From an uncultured Candidatus Saccharibacteria bacterium (GTDB taxonomy: Bacteria; Patescibacteriota; Saccharimonadia; Saccharimonadales; UBA4665): 62,761 nucleotides of DNA. Shown piece after piece: positions 52,594-59,684 of the stretch. The first letter of the stretch is position 1. Each line of letters begins with the position of its first letter. The DNA lies in NCBI GenBank assembly GCA_964639195.1, contig CAZXCS010000001.1, positions 1 through 62,761 of the forward strand, in the 5' to 3' direction. The position numbers and the translations under genes were made by a program. The notes below the pieces were generated by a model. That model had not been told where the DNA came from and made no database searches. It saw only the letters and a program-made list of their open reading frames with translations.

Positions 52594-53324
52594 AGCGCAT
52601 TTTTACCACTAGAGGACTCAAACCATTGCCTAGCCAAACTGGGTTTACAATTGTCGAGTTGATGATTTCGCTCAGTGTGCTCAGTGTGCTGCTGCTGATG
52701 AGCACCCTGACACTTATTGGCATCGGCAGGCTCTATTCTAAAGGCATCAACGAGGCAGCTACTCAGAATACGACCCGTAATATCACGAACAACCTAGCTT
52801 CACAGCTACAGCTTGCCGGCAGCAACCCGGTGATCAACCCCTCCGGACAGTCGGTTATATGCATCGGTGCCCAGCGCTACACTTACCAATTAGGTCATGA
52901 ACTGACGAATGCCCCAAATGATCACGTGTTGTGGCATGATACCATGACTAGCACCTCTGGCTGCAGTGCCCTTAGCCTCAACGGCAATACCCCTGGTGCC
53001 GGTAACCCGGACGTTGTACCCGGAAGCGGCAGCGAGATGATGGCGGTACACATGCGCCTGACCGATTTTAGCGTAGCGGCGGCCACGGGCAGTAACTATC
53101 AATTAATCGTAGGCGTGGCTTTTACCTCAGGCGGGTCTTCAGGTAATGACGATCTGTTATGCAATCGCAATGCGCCGCCTGACTGTGATACCGCCGGTAC
53201 TAGCACAAACGGCCATCTCATGAGTCACGTCCCCGGCACGATCCAATGCAAGGGCGGTCTAGGCAGTGAATACTGTGCCGTGTCGTTTCTGAGCACGAAT
53301 GTAGGTAGAAGGTTAAATAGTTGA
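52590..53324 (+). CDS. pilin-like protein (PilW-like minor pilin candidate)
   Basis: PSQTG|FTIVELMISLSVLSVLLL carries Glu+5. The gene overlaps the upstream gene by 4 nt. Confidence 0.65.
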   Translation: MKRIFTTRGLKPLPSQTGFTIVELMISLSVLSVLLLMSTLTLIGIGRLYSKGINEAATQNTTRNITNNLASQLQLAGSNPVINPSGQSVICIGAQRYTYQLGHELTNAPNDHVLWHDTMTSTSGCSALSLNGNTPGAGNPDVVPGSGSEMMAVHMRLTDFSVAAATGSNYQLIVGVAFTSGGSSGNDDLLCNRNAPPDCDTAGTSTNGHLMSHVPGTIQCKGGLGSEYCAVSFLSTNVGRRLNS

Positions 53325-53337
53325 AGGACAATGTACA

Positions 53338-54447
53338 ATGATACGTATGAAGACTAACAAACAGCTGCCAGAGGCGAAACAACAGGGCTTCGCGGCGATT
53401 GTGGTATCAATAACCATTGTCATTGTGCTAAGCCTGCTGACTGTCGGCTTCGCGCAGCTCATGCGTCACGAACTCGACCAGGTGACCAATCGTCAGCTCG
53501 GCAACCAGGCTTATTATGCTGCTGAGTCGGGCGTCAATGATGCCGTCAAAGCACTCACTAACGGCTATGTACAGCACAAGACCACCTGCGGTGTTGATAA
53601 TAGCGGAGCCGCCGGTGCCCAGTATCTGACCGACCAGAATGTCGGCAGTTCCGGCCCCGCTACCGGTGCCGCGGTTGAATGGTCATGTCTGCTGATAGAT
53701 CCGGCGCCGTTTTCACTGCAGTTTGATTCGATATCAACTACCACTCCTACCAATATGATAGCTATCGGTACCAATGTAGCCGAAGCCCCTGGTCCCTCGA
53801 TACCTATCAGCAGCCTGACTATCAGTTGGCAGGATGCCGATGACGGAGTTAGAACCTTCCGTGGTCAGTCGGGGAATAGCGCCGGCCCGTTCCCACTGGC
53901 TACCCAATGGGGCTCGGTCGGTATGTTGCGAATCGGCCTGGCTTCGATCGACCCATATCTTGGTGCTGGTTGTGCTATAGGTGATTGTCGGGCTAACATC
54001 CAAGCCGGTACATATACTGCCTTTCTGTACCCCAACGGCCCGACGGGGTCGGCGGCCAATACCGTTGTTTTCACCCCGTCCAACACCAGCAGCGGCCAGA
54101 TCGTCGATGGCAATTGCAATACGACCAAAGGGCCCCGCTACTGCAGCGTTACCATTAGCAATATCAACGCTAACACAGTCTTGATCAGCCTCCGTTCCAT
54201 CTACAGCGCCACAAATGTTACCATTACTGCCAAGAGCGGGGGCAGCGCAATCCGTTTGTCCGGTGCCCAGTCACTGATTGATTCTACCGGTAAAGCTCTG
54301 GATGTGGTCAAGCGCATCCAAGTACGACTGCCGGACAAACCTGACTTCGCCTTCCCGGGCTTCGATGCTGATGCCACTGGCTCGCTGTGTAAACAGATAC
54401 AAGCCTACCCGGGCTCAGCCAACGGCTGTGGTTACGCCAGTCCGTAA
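53338..54447 (+). CDS. PilX-N-like pilus-associated protein
   Basis: KQQGFAAIVVSITIVIVLSLL is followed by NQAYYAAESGVNDA, a pattern typical of PilX N-terminal domains. Confidence 0.6.
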   Translation: MIRMKTNKQLPEAKQQGFAAIVVSITIVIVLSLLTVGFAQLMRHELDQVTNRQLGNQAYYAAESGVNDAVKALTNGYVQHKTTCGVDNSGAAGAQYLTDQNVGSSGPATGAAVEWSCLLIDPAPFSLQFDSISTTTPTNMIAIGTNVAEAPGPSIPISSLTISWQDADDGVRTFRGQSGNSAGPFPLATQWGSVGMLRIGLASIDPYLGAGCAIGDCRANIQAGTYTAFLYPNGPTGSAANTVVFTPSNTSSGQIVDGNCNTTKGPRYCSVTISNINANTVLISLRSIYSATNVTITAKSGGSAIRLSGAQSLIDSTGKALDVVKRIQVRLPDKPDFAFPGFDADATGSLCKQIQAYPGSANGCGYASP

Positions 54448-54478
54448 GATCTATCTGACAGGTTCTTAAGAGACCCTA

Positions 54479-55399
54479 CTATTCCTTGCCAGCTTTGTGG
54501 TGGAATTTTTCGTGCACGCTTTTGAGGTGCGGATCGGTGACGTGGGTGTAGATTTGAGTAGTGGCGATGTTACTGTGGCCGAGCATGGCCTGCACACTTC
54601 TTAGGTCAGCACCGTTCATGAGTAGATCGGTGGCGAACGAGTGGCGCAGCGTGTGCGGACTGACATGCTTGGTGATGCCAGCCAGCCGGGCATAGCGGGC
54701 TACCAGGCGCTGCACACTGCGTACCGTCAAGCGGTGAAAATTGCCGGTCAGGTCGACCTTTTTGCTGCCGCTATAGCGGACGAACAGGGGCCGCGACGTA
54801 TCTCGCCGCTGCACCAGGTACTGCTTGATCCAGCCGGCCGCTTCGGAGCTGATAAAAATCGGCCGGTCTTTCTGGCCCTTGCCGCGGACCATAAACTCCC
54901 GCCGTTCCAGATTGATGTTGTCCCGGTCCAGACCGACCAGCTCGCTGACGCGCAGCCCCGAGCTAAACAATAGTTCGAGGATAGCCCGGTCGCGCAAGCC
55001 GACGATGCCGCTGGTGTCCGTCTGCTCAAAAATGCGTTGCAGCTCGCCGTCCGCCAGGAATGTCACCTGTTGGCGCTTGGTGCGCGCCAGCTCGACCTTA
55101 TCAGCCGTCAGGGCAGGGATGTCCCGCTTGGCACAAAATTTCAGGAAGCTGCGCAGGGCGATGAGGTGGTAATTCTGAGTACTCTTGCCGAGCTCGTCGG
55201 ACGTGTTGGTACCAAGCCGGTTGAGCCACAGCCGCCACTTGCGGATCAGCTCCGGGTCGATGTCCGACACTTTGATGTCGCCGGCGAAATCGATCAGCCG
55301 CGTCAGGTAGTGGTCATAATTCTGGATCGTTTTCTGCGAGCGGTTTTGCTCGATCTCCAGGTATTCCAGGAAGTCGGTTTTGGCTTTTCCAAATAGCAT
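54479..55399 (-). CDS. tyrosine recombinase XerC/XerD family
   Basis: An N-terminal SAM-like domain is present. Catalytic residues appear in SGLRVSEL, HTLRHSFATDLL and LGHSNIATTQIYTHV. Confidence 0.9.
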   Translation of the reverse strand: MLFGKAKTDFLEYLEIEQNRSQKTIQNYDHYLTRLIDFAGDIKVSDIDPELIRKWRLWLNRLGTNTSDELGKSTQNYHLIALRSFLKFCAKRDIPALTADKVELARTKRQQVTFLADGELQRIFEQTDTSGIVGLRDRAILELLFSSGLRVSELVGLDRDNINLERREFMVRGKGQKDRPIFISSEAAGWIKQYLVQRRDTSRPLFVRYSGSKKVDLTGNFHRLTVRSVQRLVARYARLAGITKHVSPHTLRHSFATDLLMNGADLRSVQAMLGHSNIATTQIYTHVTDPHLKSVHEKFHHKAGKE

Positions 55400-55496
55400 A
55401 ACCTCATTGTAACATTGTGCGACAGGCCGATTACGCTAGTGGCTTCGCTGGCAAACACAACTCTGTTAAAATAGAAGCAACTAAACAGGACACCTT

Positions 55497-56000
55497 ATGG
55501 AAAAAACCCTCATCATCTTCAAGCCTGATGCCCTGATGCGCGGCGTCGTCGGTGAAATTATTACCCGTTTCGAGCGCGCCGGACTCAAAATTGTAGCTGC
55601 CAAAATGCTCGCGCCGGATTATGAACACTATTATCAGCACTACGAGGGCATCGGCACGCTCAAAAGCCGCAAGGGTGATGAGATCTTCGAAAGCACGCTG
55701 GCCAGCATGCAGGAAGGTCCAGTGATCGCCATGGTGCTAGAGGGCGTCGAGGCCGTTGAGGCCGTCCGCAAGATGGTCGGTGACACCCAGCCAAAGACAG
55801 CGCTGCCCGGTACCATAAGAGGTGATTACGCTCACGTGACCTATGAGCAGGCTTCAAGCGTCGGCAAGGGCGTTGCCAACATCATCCACGCGTCAGCCGA
55901 CAAAGCCGAAGCCGACCGGGAAATCGCCCACTGGTTCACTGACGCTGAGATCCACACTTACACCGCTGTCCACGAACCATTCACCCAACCCAAGAAATAG
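55497..56000 (+). CDS. ndk: nucleoside diphosphate kinase
   Basis: EKTLIIFKPDALMRGVVGEIITRFERAGLKIVAAKM is present, and NIIHASAD carries the catalytic His. Confidence 0.92.
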   Translation: MEKTLIIFKPDALMRGVVGEIITRFERAGLKIVAAKMLAPDYEHYYQHYEGIGTLKSRKGDEIFESTLASMQEGPVIAMVLEGVEAVEAVRKMVGDTQPKTALPGTIRGDYAHVTYEQASSVGKGVANIIHASADKAEADREIAHWFTDAEIHTYTAVHEPFTQPKK

Positions 56001-56007
56001 ATTTATC

Positions 56008-56069
56008 TGATATAGTTTCACTAATGACGCTTCGCTCGCGTCTACAAAAAGCCAGGACTTTGGCTTTTC
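56008..56069 (+). repeat. tRNA-proximal conserved module, copy 1 (extended -10, conserved leader, hairpin and T-run), abutting tRNA-Arg
   Basis: TGATATAGTTTCACTAATGACGCTTCGCTCGCGTCTACAAAAAGCCAGGACTTTGGCTTTTC. It is near-identical to 62191-62252 over roughly the first 37 nt. Confidence 0.7.
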
Positions 56070-56144
56070 GCCCCTGTAGTTCAATGGATAAAATAACTCC
56101 GTCCTAAGGAGAAGCTGGGGGTTCGACTCCCTCCGGGGGCACCA
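56070..56144 (+). tRNA. tRNA-Arg (anticodon CCT), CCA encoded
   Basis: Hand-folded cloverleaf. Acceptor stem is GCCCCTG/CGGGGGC, anticodon stem CTCC/GGAG with loop GTCCTAA, and T arm GGGGG-TTCGACT-CCCTC. The D stem has only 3 bp and positions 27:43 form an A:A mismatch. Confidence 0.8.
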
Positions 56145-56157
56145 AAGTGCACAGGAT

Positions 56158-56279
56158 CCTAAGGAGAAGCTCTACGTTCGGCGAACGAGAAGCGTAGATA
56201 AAGCCAAGCTTGCTTGGCTTTATCGAGCATCACAGGAAGGAGTGCGCTGAAAGCGCGCGATATCGTAGTGGGGGCACCA
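56158..56279 (+). pseudogene. partial duplicate of tRNA-Arg (anticodon-loop-to-variable segment and acceptor 3' end) interrupted by a hairpin-rich insert
   Basis: CCTAAGGAGAAGCT (56158-56171) and GGGGGCACCA (56270-56279) are identical to tRNA-Arg positions 56104-56117 and 56135-56144. Between them lie the hairpins CTACG..CGTAG, ATAAAGCCAAG-CTTG-CTTGGCTTTAT and GCGCT-GAA-AGCGC. Confidence 0.55.
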
Positions 56280-56306
56280 CTGACAGTTTCCTGATACAAT
56301 ACGCTT

Positions 56307-56921
56307 ATGGCGGACGCAGAGCCGAAAACTCACCAAAAGTATTTTGAAGACCAGTTTGAAGATGAGGAAGTCTTGTTTGTTTTCCGCAAACATCCGATTG
56401 TGATGCGCAAAGGCTTGGTCTTTGGCATGCTGGCCTGGCTGGTCGGCCCGATCTACACCTTGATTTTGCTGCTCGTGAATAGCGGATCAGGGCATGAGCC
56501 GAGCATGGCTTTCTTCGGTCTCAGCCTGCTGGCCGGTGTCGGACTTGGCATTATTATCATGATTCCCAGCTGGATCAGCTGGTACTTCAGCATCTTTATT
56601 ATGACTGACCAGCGGTTCATCCAGATCACCCAGAAGGGCCTGTTCCACCGAGCAGTGGCCGATCTGGCATTGCCACAGATACAGTCAGTCAATTACGAAG
56701 TGGCCGGCTTCCAGGAAACACTTCTGGGGTTTGGTACAATAAAGATGCAGACGTACGTGGGAGATCTGGTGATTCACGATGTGCATCACCCGGCGAAGAT
56801 TCAGAAAAAGCTCCTCGGCATTCTGCGACAGGAAGGGGTAACGATTGCCCAGTATCCGGCCAGGCCGGCCCAGTCGTCCGATTCAAACGATGAAGAAACC
56901 GAAGAAACCCAAGCTGCCTAA
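56307..56921 (+). CDS. membrane protein with a bacterial PH (bPH_2/YdbT-like) domain
   Basis: FEDEEVLFVFRKHPIVMRK is followed by two TMs and then FIMTDQRFIQITQKGLFHR, typical of the DUF304/bPH_2 layout. The tail is acidic. Confidence 0.55.
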   Translation: MADAEPKTHQKYFEDQFEDEEVLFVFRKHPIVMRKGLVFGMLAWLVGPIYTLILLLVNSGSGHEPSMAFFGLSLLAGVGLGIIIMIPSWISWYFSIFIMTDQRFIQITQKGLFHRAVADLALPQIQSVNYEVAGFQETLLGFGTIKMQTYVGDLVIHDVHHPAKIQKKLLGILRQEGVTIAQYPARPAQSSDSNDEETEETQAA

Positions 56922-57972
56922 AGTCCGCATTCGTCATCCGTTCAAGCCGTCTCAGACCACTGAAGAGAAGGTGGCTGAAGCGCTCAGCACAGTGCCGCGG
57001 ATTACTAACGAAACGGTGTCCGAACACCGCGAAGAAGTACTGGCCGGTGCCCGTAAGTACATCTATCCGTTGCAGCATTCCAAACACCGTGTGGTACGGA
57101 TATCGATCGCCCTGTTTGTGGCGGTGATCATCGTATTTTTCGTGTCAGTGGGCTTAAGTTTGTACAAGTTCCAGTCGACATCGGGCTTCATTTATAACGT
57201 GACGCGTATCGTGCCGTTCCCGGTCGCCAAAGCCGGCTCGTCGTGGGTAGGCTACGAATCATATCTGTTCGAACTCCGCCGCAACATGCATTATTACCAG
57301 ACGCAACAGCAGGCAACCTTCAAGACCAAAGACGGTAAAGCCCAGTTGGCCCGCCTGAAACAGCAAGCTATGAACCAGGCTGTCCAAGAGGCGTATGTCA
57401 AACAACTGGCTTCGCAGAACCACATTCGTGTCAGCAGTCGAGCGGTCGACAACCAAGTTGCCCTGGTGCGCAGCGAGAATCGGCTTGGTGACAGCGACCG
57501 GGTGTTCCGCGAAGTCCTGAATGAGTTCTGGGGCTGGCGTGAGTCCGATTTCAAGCGGCAGCTCAAGCAGGAGCTGCTCCAACAAGAGGTGGTGAGCAAG
57601 CTCGATACGGGGACCAATGACCGGGCCAAAGCCGCCCAGAGTCAACTGATAGCCGGGGCTGATTTCGCCACCGTGGCGGCGCAGTTCTCGGACGACTTGG
57701 CTACCAAGACCAATGGCGGCCAATACTCCAATCCAATTACGCTGCGCGATAGCGATATCCCCCCCATCCTGAGTGAAGAGATTTTCAAGCTCAAAGTCGG
57801 TGAAATCTCAGGCATTACCCCCACCGGCTACACCTTGGAGATTGTTAAAGTTATCGATGCCAGCGGCCCGGCCCGGCATGCGGCGCACATTCAGTTTACG
57901 TTCCAGGACATCAGCACTTATCTCAAGCCTCTGGAGGCGCACAAACCGTCCCACGCCTATATCAAGCTCTGA
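56890..57972 (+). CDS. membrane-anchored parvulin-type peptidyl-prolyl isomerase-like protein (PrsA/PpiD-like)
   Basis: I set the start at ATG 56890 (MKKPKKPKLPK). A TM is followed by a SurA-N-like helical region and a rotamase-like segment (LIAGADFATVAAQFSDDLATKTNGG ... GYTLEIVKV). Confidence 0.6.
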   Translation: MKKPKKPKLPKVRIRHPFKPSQTTEEKVAEALSTVPRITNETVSEHREEVLAGARKYIYPLQHSKHRVVRISIALFVAVIIVFFVSVGLSLYKFQSTSGFIYNVTRIVPFPVAKAGSSWVGYESYLFELRRNMHYYQTQQQATFKTKDGKAQLARLKQQAMNQAVQEAYVKQLASQNHIRVSSRAVDNQVALVRSENRLGDSDRVFREVLNEFWGWRESDFKRQLKQELLQQEVVSKLDTGTNDRAKAAQSQLIAGADFATVAAQFSDDLATKTNGGQYSNPITLRDSDIPPILSEEIFKLKVGEISGITPTGYTLEIVKVIDASGPARHAAHIQFTFQDISTYLKPLEAHKPSHAYIKL

Positions 57973-58023
57973 CCCGTTATCACCAGTAAGTCAGCTGGCG
58001 ATAATATAAAATGATAAATCTGC

Positions 58024-58099
58024 TGGCGGGGCTGACGGGACTTGAACCCGCGACCTTCTCCGTGACAGGGAGACGAGCACTCCGCTGCTCCACAGCCCC
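58024..58099 (-). tRNA. tRNA-Asp (anticodon GTC), CCA encoded
   Basis: The reverse complement folds as GGGGCTG-TG-GAGC-AGCGGAGT-GCTC-G-TCTCC-CTGTCAC-GGAGA-AGGTC-GCGGG-TTCAAGT-CCCGT-CAGCCCC-G-CCA. Confidence 0.9.
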
Positions 58100-58185
58100 G
58101 CATCATATCTCGCACATAGTCACGAAATACAGGGGTAATCATAGCAATTTAGAGATAAAATAGCAATTGTCGGTTCTTTCCGGCA

Positions 58186-58214
58186 TTGTAAAAACATTGC
58201 TTTTATGGTAAGAT
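58186..58214 (+). promoter_or_regulatory. promoter of the NUDIX gene, TTGTAA-17 nt-TAAGAT with TGG
   Basis: Hexamers lie at 58186-58191 and 58209-58214. The ATG at 58221 is 6 nt downstream. Confidence 0.5.
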
Positions 58215-58220
58215 TGCGTC

Positions 58221-58739
58221 ATGACAGCCGAAACAAACAGTGTGCCAAATATTGCCGAAGTTAACGCTTTGATCGCTGACAGCTGGCAGGCTATGGATTA
58301 CCGCCCGACTGTGGTAGTGAGTCTAGTTAACCGGGCAGGCCTGGCACTCTTGGTTGAATCGGCCAAACATCTCGGTGAGTGGGGGTTGGTGCAGGGTGGG
58401 ATTAATTATGAAGAACCGATCCCTAGTGCAGCGCTGCGTGAGCTCGATGAAGAGCTGGGTATCAAGCCCCAAGATGTCATACTCGGCGAGATCGTTGACA
58501 CGATGAAAAGTGATTCACCATCGGGCCACAAGCCGGCGAGTGAGTTTAGCAATGGTAAACTCTATGTCGTCCAACAGGCGCTCTACACCGGCGATGGCTT
58601 GCTTACGCCGAAGCCGGATGAAGTGCACCAAGCTATGTTCGCTACTGTTGAGGAGCGCGAACAACGCTTGACTGGCAAACGGGCGGAGAAAGCCGAACTT
58701 ATACGGCGAGCACTGGCGACAACCCGACAAGTCGCATAG
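58221..58739 (+). CDS. NUDIX hydrolase
   Basis: The Nudix box is GGINYEEPIPSAALRELDEELGI. Confidence 0.85.
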   Translation: MTAETNSVPNIAEVNALIADSWQAMDYRPTVVVSLVNRAGLALLVESAKHLGEWGLVQGGINYEEPIPSAALRELDEELGIKPQDVILGEIVDTMKSDSPSGHKPASEFSNGKLYVVQQALYTGDGLLTPKPDEVHQAMFATVEEREQRLTGKRAEKAELIRRALATTRQVA

Positions 58740-58989
58740 TTATCTTATTCAAGTCCGAGAGCGACCATCAGGCGGAAGATTAGGCTGGTGAAGTGGCGCA
58801 CACTGTCTTATCCTTTGAGCATACGTATGCACGCGAGCGGGTAGTCAACCGTGATTGTATGCAAGCGTTTCATAATTTTTAGTTTTGGTACCCTAAGGCT
58901 CAGCGTAGTCCTTTTCACGGCCTAGTCAATACGCTGTGACAACAATCACTTTGAGTACCGGATTTAGCCAAGCGTTTCCTGTACCAGCT

Positions 58990-59018
58990 TTGCTGCAGCC
59001 ATGGTTAGCTACTATAAT
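58990..59018 (+). promoter_or_regulatory. promoter of the tRNA-Thr/tRNA-Gly unit, TTGCTG-17 nt-TATAAT
   Basis: Hexamers lie at 58990-58995 and 59013-59018, about 20 nt upstream of the tRNA-Thr 5' end. Confidence 0.55.
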
Positions 59019-59039
59019 ACTTCGGTATAAAAGAGATAA

Positions 59040-59116
59040 GCCGATGTAGCTCAGCTGGCTAGAGCACCGCTTTCGTAAAGCGGGGGTCAGGGGTTCGAAT
59101 CCCCTCGTCGGCTCCA
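59040..59116 (+). tRNA. tRNA-Thr (anticodon CGT), CCA encoded
   Basis: Folds as GCCGATG-TA-GCTC-AGCTGGCTA-GAGC-A-CCGCT-TTCGTAA-AGCGG-GGGTC-AGGGG-TTCGAAT-CCCCT-CGTCGGC-T-CCA. Confidence 0.92.
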
Positions 59117-59169
59117 GGAATTAGTGGCGGTTCCCTCGAGTCAACAAAAAGCCAAGACATTGGCTTTTT
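59117..59169 (+). repeat. tRNA-proximal module, copy 3 (more diverged), placed between tRNA-Thr and a tRNA 3'-end fragment
   Basis: GGAATTAGTGGCGGTTCCCTCGAGTCAACAAAAAGCCAAGACATTGGCTTTTT. The CTCGAGTCAACAAAAAGCC core plus hairpin aligns to copies 1 and 2. Confidence 0.6.
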
Positions 59170-59195
59170 GGGTTCGAGTCCCACCATCGGCTCCA
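59170..59195 (+). pseudogene. orphan tRNA T-arm/acceptor 3' fragment (duplicate of the tRNA-Thr 3' end)
   Basis: GGGTTCGAGTCCCACCATCGGCTCCA here compares with GGGGTTCGAATCCCCTCGTCGGCTCCA in the intact gene. No 5' half is present. Confidence 0.6.
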
Positions 59196-59205
59196 CGTAG
59201 GACAG

Positions 59206-59279
59206 GCGAGATTAGTATAATGGCAGTACATTTGCTTCCCAAGCAAGGGGCACGAGTTCGATTCTCGTATCTCGCACCA
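59206..59279 (+). tRNA. tRNA-Gly (anticodon CCC), CCA encoded
   Basis: Folds as GCGAGAT-TA-GTAT-AATGGCA-GTAC-A-TTTGC-TTCCCAA-GCAAG-GGGC-ACGAG-TTCGATT-CTCGT-ATCTCGC-A-CCA. Confidence 0.9.
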
Positions 59280-59324
59280 GACCTCAGTTTATCCCTTGAA
59301 AAGTGGTACAATTAAGCTTGAATT

Positions 59325-59681
59325 ATGGCGTTGCCTAAAAAGTATTATCACGACCACATGGTGCTGTTGCTGCTCAGCATCAACGCCTTTCTGGCGCTGG
59401 CGGGCAGCATTTTCATATTGCTTAAACTGGCAACCAGCCATGGCAATAGCTACTTTCTTTGGTTTCGCCCATCACTAGGGGTCGATTCGTACAAAAGCGG
59501 CGGCGTGGCAGACTCGCTCAGTTTTATCGCCTTTGCGGCGCTGGTGCTGGTCACGCACGTCATGCTGAGCCTGCGGGCCTACCGCATTCACCGCCAGCTG
59601 GCGATCACCATCTTAAGCCTCGGCATTCTGCTGCTGGTTTTGACGATCATCGTCAGCAACGCGCTGCTGGTACTTCGTTAG
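59325..59681 (+). CDS. small hypothetical membrane protein
   Basis: A 118-aa ORF with 3-4 hydrophobic helices. It ends 3 nt before the GT2 gene start. Confidence 0.45.
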   Translation: MALPKKYYHDHMVLLLLSINAFLALAGSIFILLKLATSHGNSYFLWFRPSLGVDSYKSGGVADSLSFIAFAALVLVTHVMLSLRAYRIHRQLAITILSLGILLLVLTIIVSNALLVLR

Positions 59682-59684
59682 CCC

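Noticed and set aside
54479-55399. The tyrosine recombinase as the integrase of a mobile island next to tRNA-Arg.
   Set aside because: The sequence has the XerC/XerD-type layout and is flanked by pilus genes and ndk. I see no excisionase, phage, plasmid or cargo genes and no long direct repeats. It may still have acted on the tRNA-proximal repeats, but an intact mobile element is not supported.
58740-59039. RNase P RNA or SRP RNA in the ORF-free spacer. AAGTCCGAGAGC and GGTGAAGTGGCGCAC superficially recall RNase P conserved regions, and CAGGCGGAAG recalls SRP domain IV.
   Set aside because: The other universally conserved blocks are absent on both strands, for example ACAGAA..CCGGCTTA for RNase P and the GGAA-tetraloop helix with symmetric loop for SRP. 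The region is also too short for RNase P. I kept it only as a low-interest unexplained spacer.
59124-59315. A 63-aa ORF spanning the tRNA-Thr/tRNA-Gly spacer.
   Set aside because: It runs straight through the complete tRNA-Gly gene and the orphan tRNA fragment, so it is not a plausible protein.
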